Shown piece by piece: positions 27,401 through 40,395 of a stretch of DNA of 64,000 nt (positions within the stretch are counted from its first letter, which is position 1; the number at the start of each line of letters is the position of its first letter). The notes under the pieces were generated by a model, which searched no databases, was not told where the DNA came from, and worked only from the letters and a program-made list of their open reading frames with translations. The stretch lies in assembly GCF_009914755.1 (NCBI RefSeq), contig NC_060939.1; one strand, 5' to 3'. The position numbers and the translations under genes were made by a program. This DNA is from the human T2T-CHM13v2.0 reference genome, Homo sapiens.

Positions 27401-30400
27401 TTCATTTTGTTCCAGTCCATTCCTTTCGCGTCCATTCCATTCCATTTCACTCCATTCGATTCCATTCCACTCGATTCCACTTCGTTCCATTTCATTGCAT
27501 TCCATTCTATTCACTCTATTGCCTTCCATTCCATTCCATTCGATTACATTCCATGCGATTCCATTCGAAATCGAATCAATTACATTGCAATCCATTACTA
27601 TTGAGTCCGTTTTATTCCAGTCCACTGCATTCTGGTCCATTCCATTTGATTCCATTCCATTCTATTCCATTCCATACAGTTGCATTCCATTGGATTCCAT
27701 GCTATATCTATAAATTCAATTCGACACCATTGCTTTTGAGTCCATTCTATATGATTCCATTCCATTCAAGTCCATTACATTTGGTTCAATTCCATTCCAT
27801 TCCATTCCCTTCCATTCCATTCCATTTGATATCAATCCATTCGATTCCATTCCATTCGAGCACATTCCATTCGAGTCCATTCCATTCGATGCCATTCCAT
27901 TTGATTCTATTCCATTAGTCTCCATTCAATTCCATTAATCTCCATTCCATTCCATTCTACTCCAACTGATTCCATTCCATTCTATTCCTTTCCATTCCAT
28001 TTCATTCCATTCCATTCCATTTCATTCCATTCCATTCCATTCCATTCCATTCGCTTCCATTCCATTCGTGTCCATTCCATTCCAGTCCATTCCATTTGTG
28101 TCCACTGCATTCCATTCCACTCCATTCCATATTATTCCATTACACTCCATTCCATTCTATTACTTTCATTTCCATTCAATTCCATTCCATTTGATTCCAT
28201 TCCACTCGGTTTCATTCCAATTGTGTCCACTCCATTCCATTCCATTCCATTCCATTCAGTTCCATTCCATTCTGTTCCATTCCATTCCGTTCCATTGCAT
28301 TCCATTCCATTCGGTACCATTCCATATTGTTCCATTCGATTCCATTCGAATCCATTCCATTCCAGTCCATTCCATTCGATTCCATTCCATTCCTTTCAAT
28401 TCCATTCCACTCCATTCCATTCCACTTGATTCCACTCCATTCCCTTCCACTGCATTCCATTGCATTGCATTCCATTCCATTGGACTGCATTCCATTCGAT
28501 TCCATTCCATTCGAATCAATTACATAGCAATCCATTACATTCGAGTCTATTCTATTCCGTTCCATTCGATTTCGTTCCAATCCATTCGATTCCATTCCAT
28601 TCGATTCCATTCCATAGTATTGCATTCCATTCGATTACATTATATTCGAATAAGTTCCATTCAAGACCATTTCTTTTGAGTCCATTCTATTTGAGTCCAT
28701 TCCCTTTGATTCCATAACATTTGAGTCCATTCAGTTCCATTCCTTTCGTTTCCGTTCCATTTGATGCCATTCCATTCAATTCTGTTCTACTCGACTCCAA
28801 TACATTCAATTCCATTCCATCCGATTCCATTACATTCTTTTCATTTCTTATCCATTTCAAGCCATTCCACTCCATTCCATTCCACTCGTTTCCTTTCCAT
28901 TCGAGTCCATTCCTCTCCAGTCCATTCCGTTCAATCCATTCCATTCCAGTCCATTCCATTCGAGTCCGTTCCATTCCAGTCCATTCCATTCGAGTCAATT
29001 CCATCCCATTCGATGTCTTTCCATAACGATCCATTCCATTCTATTCCTTTCGATTCCATTCCATTCTATTTCATTCCATTCGATTCCCTTCCATTGGACT
29101 CCTTTCCATTCGAGTGCATTCCATTCCGTTCCATTTCTTTCCGTTCTGTACGATTCCTACCGTTCGATTTCATTTTGTTCCAGTCCATTCCTTTCGCGTC
29201 CATTCCATTCCATTTCACTCCATTCGATTCCATTCCACTCGATTCCACTTCGTTCCATTTCATTGCATTCCATTCTATTCAACTCTATTGCCTTCCATTC
29301 CATTCCATTCGATTACATTCCATGCGATTCCATTCGAAATCGAATCAATTACATTGCAATCCATTACTATTGAGTCCGTTTTATTCCAGTCCACTGCATT
29401 CTGGTCCATTCCATTTGATTCCATTCCATTCTATTCCATTCCATACAGTTGCATTCCATTGGATTCCATGCTATATCTATAAATTCAATTCGAGACCATT
29501 GCTTTTGAGTCCATTCTATATGATTCCATTCCATTCAAGTCCATTACATTTGGTTCAATTCCATTCCATTCCATTCCCTTCCATTCCATTCCATTTGATA
29601 TCAATCCATTCGATTCCATTCCATTCGAGCACATTCCATTCGAGTCCATTCCATTCGATGCCATTCCATTTGATTCTATTCCATTAGTCTCCATTCAATT
29701 CCATTAATCTCCATTCCATTCCATTCTACTCCAACTGATTCCATTCCATTCTATTCCTTTCCATTCCATTTCATTCCATTCCATTCCATTCCATTCCATT
29801 CCATTCGTGTCCATTCCACTCCAGTCCATTCCATTCGTGTCCATTCCATTCCAGTCCATTCCATTTGTGTCCACTGCATTCCATTCCACTCCATTCCATA
29901 TTATTCCAATACACTCCATTCCATTCTATCACTTTCATTTCCATTCAATTCCATTCCATTTGATTCCATTCCACTCGGTTTCATTCCATTTGAGTCCACT
30001 CCATTCCATTCCATTCCATTCCATTCAGTTCCATTCCATTCTGTTCCATTCCATTCCGTTCCATTACATTCCATTCCATTCGGTACCATTCCATATTGTT
30101 CCATTCGATTCCATTCGAATCCATTCCATTCCAGTCCATTCCATTCGATTCCATTCCATTCATTTCAATTCCATTCCATTCCATTCCATTACATTCCACT
30201 TGATTCCTCTCCATTCCCTTCCACTGCATTCCGTTCGATTCCATTCCATTGCATTGCATTCCATTCCATTGGATTGCATTCCATTCGATTCCATTCCATT
30301 CGAATCAATTACATAGCAATCCATTACATTCGAGTCTATTCTATTCCGTTCCATTCGATTTCGTTCCAATCCATTCGATTCCATTCCATTCGATTCCATT

Positions 30401-32042
30401 CCATACTATTGCATTTCATTCGATTACATTATATTCGAATAAGTTCCATTCAAGACCATTTCTTTTGAGTCCATTCTATTTGAGTCCATTCCCTTTGATT
30501 CCATAACATTTGAGTCCATTCAATTCCATTCCTTTCGTTTCCATTCCATTTGATGCCATTCCATTCAATTCTGTTCTACTCGACTCCAATACATTCAATT
30601 CCATTCCATCCGATTCCATTACATTCTTTTAATTTCTTATCCATTTCAAGCCATTCCACTCCATTCCATTCCACTCGTTTCCTTTCCATTCGAGTCCATT
30701 CCTCTCCAGTCCATTCCGTTCAATCCATTCCATTCCAGTCCATTCCATTCGAGTCCGTTCCATTCCAGTCCATTCCATTCGAGTCAATTCCATTCCATTC
30801 GATGTCTTTCCATAACGATCCATTCCATTCTATTCCTTTCGATTCCATTCCATTCTATTTCATTCCATTCGATTCCCTTCCATTGGACTCCTTTCCATTC
30901 GAGTGCATTCCATTCCGTTCCATTTCTTTCCGTTCTGTACGATTCCTACCGTTCGATTTCATTTTGTTCCAGTCCATTCCTTTCACGTCCATTCCATTCC
31001 ATTTCACTCCATTCGATTCCATTCCACTCGATTCCACTTCGTTCCATTTCATTGCATTCCATTCTATTCAACTCTATTGCCTTCCATTCCATTCCATTCG
31101 ATTACATTCCATGCGATTCCATTCGAAATCGAATCAATTACATTGCAATCCATTACAATTGAGTCCGTTTTATTCCAGTCCACTGCATTCTGGTCCATTC
31201 CATTTGATTCCATTCCATTCTATTCCATTCCATACAGTTGCATTCCTTTGGATTCCATGCTATATATATAAATTCAATTCGAGACCATTGCTTTTGAGTC
31301 CATTCTATATGATTCCATTCCATTCAAGTCCATTACATTTGGTTCAATTCCATTCCATTCCATTCCCTTCCATTCCATTCCAGTTGATATCAATCCATTC
31401 GATTCCATTCCATTCGAGCACATTCCATTCGAGTCCATTCCATTCGATGCCATTCCATTTGATTCTATTCCATTAGTCTCCATTCAATTCCATTAATCTC
31501 CATTCCATTCCATTCTACTCCAACTGATTCCATTCCATTCTATTCCTTTCCATTCCATTTCATTCCATTCCATTCCATTTCATTCCATTCCATTCCATTC
31601 GCTTCCATTCCATTCGTGTCCATTCCACTCCAGTCCATTCCATTCGTGTCCATTCCATTCCAGTCCATTCCATTTGTGTCCACTGCATTCCATTCCACTC
31701 CATTCCATATTATTCCATTACACTCCCTTCCATTCTATTACTTTCATTTCCATTCAATTCCATTCCATTTGATTCCATTCCACTCGGTTTCATTCCATTT
31801 GAGTCCACTCCATTCCATTCCATTCCATTCCATTCAGTTCCATTCCATTCTGTTCCATTCCATTCCGTTCCATTACATTCCATTCCATTCGGTACCATTC
31901 CATATTGTTCCATTCGATTCCATTCGAATCCATTCCATTCCAGTCCATTCCATTCGATTCCATTCCATTCATTTCAATTCCATTCCATTCCATTCCATTA
32001 CATTCCACTTGATTCCTCTCCATTCCCTTCCACTGCATTCCG

Positions 32043-32058
32043 TTCGATTCCATTCCAT
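32043..32058 (+). other. Junction of a 155-bp deletion in unit U18 (1654 bp)
   Basis: CCGTTCGATTCCATTCCAT joins directly to ACTATTG, and the segment containing GGATTGC...GAATCAATTACATAGC...GATTTCGTTCCAATC is missing. The sister unit U25 is 1809 bp. Confidence 0.93.
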
Positions 32059-33759
32059 ACTATTGCATTGCATTCGATTACATTATATTCGAATAAGTTC
32101 CATTCAAGACCATTTCTTTTGAGTCCATTCTATTTGAGTCCATTCCCTTTGATTCCATAACATTTGAGTCCATTCAATTCCATTCCTTTCGTTTCCATTC
32201 CATTTGATGCCATTCCATTCAATTCTGTTCTACTCGACTCCAATACATTCAATTCCATTCCATCCGATTCCATTACATTCTTTTCATTTCTTATCCATTT
32301 CAAGCCATTCCACTCCATTCCATTCCACTCGTTTCCTTTCCATTCGAATCCATTCCTCTCCAGTCCATTCCGTTCAATCCATTCCATTCCAGTCCATTCC
32401 ATTCGAGTCCGTTCCATTCCAGTCCATTCCATTCGAGTCAATTCCATCCCATTCGATGTCTTTCCATAACGATCCATTCCATTCTATTCCTTTCGATTCC
32501 ATTCCATTCTATTTCATTCCATTCGATTCCCTTCCATTGGACTCCTTTCCATTCGAGTGCATTCCATTCCGTTCCATTTCTTTCTGTTCTGTACGATTCC
32601 TACCGTTCGATTTCATTTTGTTCCAGTCCATTCCTTTCGCGTCCATTCCATTCCATTTCACTCCATTCGATTCCATTCCACTCGATTCCACTTCGTTCCA
32701 TTTCATTGCATTCCATTCTATTCAACTCTATTGCCTTCCATTCCATTCCATTCGATTACATTCCATGCGATTCCATTCGAAATCGAATCAATTACATTGC
32801 AATCCATTACTATTGAGTCCATTTTATTCCAGTCCACTGCATTCTGGTCCATTCCATTTGATTCCATTCCATTCTATTCCATTCAATACAGTTGCATTCC
32901 ATTGAACTCCATTGTATATCTATAAATTCAATTCGAGACCATTGCTTTTGAGTCCATTCTATATGATTCCATTCCATTCAAGTCCATTACATTTGGTTCA
33001 ATTCCATTCCATTCCATTCCCTTCCATTCCATTCCAGTTGATATCAATCCATTCGATTCCATTCCATTCGAGCACATTCCATTCGAGTCCATTCCATTCG
33101 ATGCCATTCCATTTGATTCTATTCCATTAGTCTCCATTCAATTCCATTAATCTCCATTCCATTCCATTCTACTCCAACTGATTCCATTCCATTCTATTAC
33201 TTTCCATTCCATTTCATTCCATTCCATTCCATTTCATTCCATTCCATTCCATTCCATTCGCTTCCATTCCATTCGTGTCCATTGCATTCCAGTCCATTCC
33301 ATTTGTGTCCACTGCATTCCATTCCACTCCATTCCATATTATTCCATTACACTCCATTCCATTCTATTACTTTCATTTCCATTGAATTCCATTCCATTTG
33401 ATTCCATTCCACTCGGTTTCATTCCATTTGAGTCCACTCCACTCCATTCCATTCCATTCCATTCCATTCAGTTCCATTCCATTCTGTTCCATTCCATTCC
33501 GTTCCATTGCATTCCATTCCATTCGGTACCATTCCATATTGTTCCATTCGATTCCATTCGAATCCATTCCATTCCAGTCCATTCCATTCGATTCCATTCC
33601 ATTCCTTTCAATTCCATTCCATTCCATTCCATTCCACTTGATTCCACTCCATTCCCTTCCACTGCATTCCATTGCATTGCATTCCATTCCATTGGACTGC
33701 ATTCCATTCGATTCCATTCCATTCGAATCAATTACATAGCAATCCATTACATTCGAGTC

Positions 33760-36700
33760 TATTCTCTTCCGTTCCATTCGATTTCGTTCCAATCCATTCG
33801 ATTCCATTCCATTCGATTCCATTCCATACTATTGCATTCCATTCGATTACATTATATTCGAATAAGTTCCATTCAAGACCATTTCTTTTGAGTCCATTCT
33901 ATTTGAGTCCATTCCCTTTGATTCCATAACATTTGAGTCCATTCAATTCCATTCCTTTCGTTTCCATTCCATTTGATGCCATTCCATTCAATTCTGTTCT
34001 ACTCGACTCCAATATATTCAATTCCATTCCATCCGATTCCATTACATTCTTTTCATTTCTTATCCATTTCAAGCCATTCCACTCCATTCCATTCCACTCG
34101 TTTCCTTTCCATTCGAGTCCATTCCTCTCCAGTCCATTCCGTTCAATCCATTCCATTCCAGTCCATTCCATTCGAGTCCGTTCCATTCCAGTCCATTCCA
34201 TTCGAGTCAATTCCATTCCATTCGATGTCTTTCCATAACGATCCATTCCATTCTATTCCTTTCGATTCCATTCCATTCTATTTCATTCCATTCGATTCCC
34301 TTCCTTTGGAGTCCTTTCCATTCGAGTGCATTCCATTCCGTTCCATTTCTTTCCATTCTGAACGATTCCTACCGTTCGATTTCATTTTGTTCCAGTCCAC
34401 TCCTTTCGCGTCCATTCCATTCCATTTCACTCCATTCGATTCCATTCCACTCGATTCCACTTCGTTCCATTTCATTGCATTCCATTCTATTCAACTCTAT
34501 TGCCTTCCATTCCATTCCATTCGATTACATTCCATGCGATTCCATTCGAAATCGAATCAATTACATTGCAAACCATTACTATTGAGTCCGTTTTATTCCA
34601 GTCCACTGCATTCTGGTCCATTCCATTTGATTCCATTCCATTCTATTCCATTCCATACAGTTGCATTCCATTGGATTCCATGCTATATCTATAAATTCAA
34701 TTCGAGACCATTGCTTTCGAGTCCATTCTATATGATTCCATTCCATTCAAGTCCATTACATTTGGTTCAATTCCATTCCATTCCATTCCCTTTCATTCCA
34801 TTCCATTTGATATCAATCCATTCGATTCCATTCCATTCGAGCACATTCCATTCGAGTCCATTCCATTCGATGCCATTCCATTTGATTCTATTCCATTAGT
34901 CTCCATTCAATTCCATTAATCTCCATTCCATTCCATTCTACTCCAACTGATTCCATTCCATTCTACTCCTTTCCATTCCATTTCATTCCATTCCATTCCA
35001 TTTCATTCCATTCCATTCCATTCGTGTCCATTCCACTCCAGTCCATTCCATTCGTGTCCATTCCATTCCAGTCCATTCCATTTGTGTCCACTGCATTCCA
35101 TTCCACTCCATTCCATATTATTCCATTACACTCCATTCCATTCTATTACTTTCATTTCCATTCAATTCCATTCCATTTGATTCCATTCCACTCGGTTTCA
35201 TTCCATTTGAGTCCACTCCATTCCATTCCATTCCATTCCATTCAGTTCCATTCCATTCTGTTCCATTCCATTCCGTTCCATTACATTCCATTCCATTCGG
35301 TACCATTCCATATTGTTCCATTCGATTCCATTCGAATCCATTCCATTCCAGTCCATTCCATTCGATTCCATTCCATTCATTTAAATTCCATTCCATTCCA
35401 TTCCATTACATTCCACTTGATTCCTCTCCATTCCCTTCCACTGCATTCCGTTCGATTCCATTCCATTGCATTGCGTTCCATTCCATTGGATTGCATTCCA
35501 TTCGATTCCATTCCATTCGAATCAATTACATAGCAATCCATTACATTCGAGTCTATTCTATTCCGTTCCATTCGATTTCGTTCCAATCCATTCGATTCCA
35601 TTCCATTCGATTCCATTCCATACTATTGCATTCCATTCGATTACATTATATTCGAATAAGTTCCATTCAAGACCATTTCTTTTGAGTCCATTCTATTTGA
35701 GTCCATTCCCTTTGATTCCATAACATTTGAGTCCATTCAATTCCATTCCTTTCGTTTCCATTCCATTTGATGCCATTCCATTCAATTCTGTTCTACTCGA
35801 CTCCAATACATTCAATTCCATTCCATCCGATTCCATTGCATTCTTCTCATTTCTTATCCATTTCAAGCCATTCCACTCCATTCCATTCCACTCGTTTCCT
35901 TTCCATTCGAGTCCATTCCTCTCCAGTCCATTCCGTTCAATCCATTCCATTCCAGTCCATTCCATTCGAGTCCGTTCCATTCCAGTCCATTCCATTCGAG
36001 TCAATTCCATCCCATTCGATGTCTTTCCATAACGATCCATTCCATTCTATTCCTTTCGATTCCATTCCATTCTATTTCATTCCATTCGATTCCCTTCCAT
36101 TGGACTCCTTTCCATTCGAGTGCATTCCATTCCGTTCCATTTCTTTCCGTTCTGTACGATTCCTACCGTTCGATTTCATTTTGTTCCAGTCCATTCCTTT
36201 CGCGTCCATTCCATTCCATTTCACTCCATTCGATTCCATTCCACTCGATTCCACTTCGTTCCATTTCATTGCATTCCATTCTATTCAACTCTATTGCCTT
36301 CCATTCCATTCCATTCGATTACATTCCATGCGATTCCATTCGAAATCGAATCAATTACATTGCAATCCATTACTATTGAGTCCATTTTATTCCAGTCCAC
36401 TGCATTCTGGTCCATTCCATTTGATTCCATTCCATTCTATTCCATTCCATACAGTTGCATTCCGTTGGATTCCATTCTATATCCATAAATTCAATTCGAG
36501 ACCATTGCTTTTGAGTCCATTCTATATGATTCCATTCCATTCAAGTCCATTACATTTGGTTCAATTCCATTCCATTCCATTCCCTTCCATTCCATTCCAG
36601 TTGATATCAATCCATTCGATTCCATTCCATTCGAGCACATTCCATTCGAGTCCATTCCATTCGATGCCATTCCATTTGATTCTATTCCATTAGTCTCCAT

Positions 36701-39700
36701 TCAATTCCATTAATCTCCATTCCATTCCATTCTACTCCAACTGATTCCATTCCATTCTATTCCTTTCCATTCCATTTCATTCCATTCCATTCCATTTCAT
36801 TCCATTCCATTCCATTCGTGTCCATTCCACTCCAGTCCATTCCATTCGTGTCCATTCCATTCCAGTCCATTCCATTTGTGTCCACTGCATTCCATTCCAC
36901 TCCATTCCATATTATTCCATTACACTCCATTCCATTCTATTACTTTCATTTCCATTCAATTCCATTCCATTTGATTCCATTCCACTCGGTTTCATTCCAT
37001 TTGAGTCCACTCCATTCCATTCCATTCCATTCAGTTCCATTCCATTCTGTTCCATTCCATTCCGTTCCATTACATTCCATTCCATTCGGTACCATTCCAT
37101 ATTGTTCCATTCGATTCCATTCGAATCCATTCCATTCCAGTCCATTCCATTCGATTCCATTCCATTCATTTCAATTCCATTCCATTCCATTCCATTCCAT
37201 TCCACTTGATTCCTCTCCATTCCCTTCCACTGCATTCCGTTCGATTCCATTCCATTGCATTGCATTCCATTCCATTGGATTGCATTCCATTCGATTCCAT
37301 TCCATTCGAATCAATTACATAGCAATCCATTACATTCGAGTCTATTCTCTTCCGTTCCATTCGATTTCGTTCCAATCCATTCGATTCCATTCCATTCGAT
37401 TCCATTCCATACTATTGCATTCCATTCGATTACATTATATTCGAATAAGTTCCATTCAAGACCATTTCTTTTGAGTCCATTCTATTTGAGTCCATTCCCT
37501 TTGATTCCATAACATTTGAGTCCATTCAATTCCATTCCTTTCGTTTCCATTCCATTTGATGCCATTCCATTCAATTCTGTTCTACTCGACTCCAATATAT
37601 TCAATTCCATTCCATCCGATTCCATTACATTCTTTTCATTTCTTATCCATTTCAAGCCATTCCACTCCATTCCATTCCACTCGTTTCCTTTCCATTCGAG
37701 TCCATTCCTCTCCAGTCCATTCCGTTCAATCCATTCCATTCCAGTCCATTCCATTCGAGTCCGTTCCATTCCAGTCCATTCCATTCGAGTCAATTCCATT
37801 CCATTCGATGTCTTTCCATAACGATCCATTCCATTCTATTCCTTTCGATTCCATTCCATTCTATTTCATTCCATTCGATTCCCTTCCATTGGACTCCTTT
37901 CCATTCGAGTGCATTCCATTCCGTTCCATTTCTTTCCATTCTGTACGATTCCTACCGTTCGATTTCATTTTGTTCCAGTCCATTCCTTTCGCGTCCATTC
38001 CATTCCATTTCACTCCATTCGATTCCATTCCACTCGATTCCACTTCGTTCCATTTCATTGCATTCCATTCTATTCAACTCTATTGCCTTCCATTCCATTC
38101 CATTCGATTACATTCCATGCGATTCCATTCGAAATCGAATCAATTACATTGCAAACCATTACTATTGAGTCCGTTTTATTCCAGTCCACTGCATTCTGGT
38201 CCATTCCATTTGATTCCATTCCATTCTATTCCATTCCATACAGTTGCATTCCATTGGATTCCATGCTATATCTATAAATTCAATTCGAGACCATTGCTTT
38301 TGAGTCCATTCTATATGATTCCATTCCATTCAAGTCCATTACATTTGGTTCAATTCCATTCCATTCCATTCCCTTTCATTCCATTCCATTTGATATCAAT
38401 CCATTCGATTCCATTCCATTCGAGCACATTCCATTCGAGTCCATTCCATTCGATGCCATTCCATTTGATTCTATTCCATTAGTCTCCATTCAATTCCATT
38501 AATCTCCATTCCATTCCATTCTACTCCAACTGATTCCATTCCATTCTATTCCTTTCCATTCCATTTCATTCCATTCCATTCCATTTCATTCCATTCCATT
38601 CCATTCGTGTCCATTCCACTCCAGTCCATTCCATTCGTGTCCATTCCATTCCAGTCCATTCCATTTGTGTCCACTGCATTCCATTCCACTCCATTCCATA
38701 TTATTCCATTACACTCCATTCCATTCTATTACTTTCATTTCCATTCAATTCCATTCCATTTGATTCCATTCCACTCGGTTTCATTCCATTTGAGTCCACT
38801 CCATTCCATTCCATTCCATTCCATTCAGTTCCATTCCATTCTGTTCCATTCCATTCCGTTCCATTACATTCCATTCCATTCGGTACCATTCCATATTGTT
38901 CCATTCGATTCCATTCGAATCCATTCCATTCCAGTCCATTCCATTCGATTCCATTCCATTCATTTCAATTCCATTCCATTCCATTCCATTACATTCCACT
39001 TGATTCCTCTCCATTCCCTTCCACTGCATTCCGTTCGATTCCATTCCATTGCATTGCATTCCATTCCATTGGATTGCATTCCATTCGATTCCATTCCATT
39101 CGAATCAATTACATAGCAATCCATTACATTCGAGTCTATTCTATTCCGTTCCATTCGATTTCGTTCCAATCCATTCGATTCCATTCCATTCGATTCCATT
39201 CCATACTATTGCATTCCATTCGATTACATTATATTCGAATAAGTTCCATTCAAGACCATTTCTTTTGAGTCCATTCTATTTGAGTCCATTCCCTTTGATT
39301 CCATAACATTTGAGTCCATTCAATTCCATTCCTTTCGTTTCCATTCCATTTGATGCCATTCCATTCAATTCTGTTCTACTCGACTCCAATACATTCAATT
39401 CCATTCCATCCGATTCCATTACATTCTTTTCATTTCTTATCCATTTCAAGCCATTCCACTCCATTCCATTCCACTCGTTTCCTTTCCATTCGAGTCCATT
39501 CCTCTCCAGTCCATTCCGTTCAATCCATTCCATTCCAGTCCATTCCATTCGAGTCCGTTCCATTCCAGTCCATTCCATTCGAGTCAATTCCATCCCATTC
39601 GATGTCTTTCCATAACGATCCATTCCATTCTATTCCTTTCGATTCCATTCCATTCTATTTCATTCCATTCGATTCCCTTCCATTGGACTCCTTTCCATTC

Positions 39701-40395
39701 GAGTGCATTCCATTCTGTTCCATTTCTTTCCGTTCTGTACGATTCCTACCGTTCGATTTCATTTTGTTCCAGTCCATTCCTTTCGCGTCCATTCCATTCC
39801 ATTTCACTCCATTCGATTCCATTCCACTCGATTCCACTTCGTTCCATTTCATTGCATTCCATTCTATTCAACTCTATTGCCTTCCATTCCATTCCATTCG
39901 ATTACATTCCATGCGATTCCATTCGAAATCGAATCAATTACATTGCAATCCATTACTATTGAGTCCATTTTATTCCAGTCCAATGCATTCTGGTCCATTC
40001 CATTTGATTCCATTCCATTCTATTCCATTCCATACAGTTGCATTCCGTTGGATTCCATTCTATATCCATAAATTCAATTCGAGACCATTGCTTTTGAGTC
40101 CATTCTATATGATTCCATTCCATTCAAGTCCATTACATTTGGTTCAATTCCATTCCATTCCATTCCCTTCCATTCCATTCCAGTTGATATCAATCCATTC
40201 GATTCCATTCCATTCGAGCACATTCCATTCGAGTCCATTCCATTCGATGCCATTCCATTTGATTCTATTCCATTAGTCTCCATTCAATTCCATTAATCTC
40301 CATTCCATTCCATTCTACTCCAACTGATTCCATTCCATTCTATTCCTTTCCATTCCATTTCATTCCATTCCATTCCATTTCATTCCATTCCATTC
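33760..40395 (+). repeat. Segmental block U20-U23, copy 2 of the dispersed intra-array duplication
   Basis: 33973-18018 = 35767-19812 = 37556-21601 = 39350-23395 = 15,955. Shared private variants are CCTTTGGAGTCC, TCTGAACG, GCTTTCGAGTCC, GCATTGCGTTCC, TTCTTCTCAT and CAGTCCAATGC. Confidence 0.88.
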
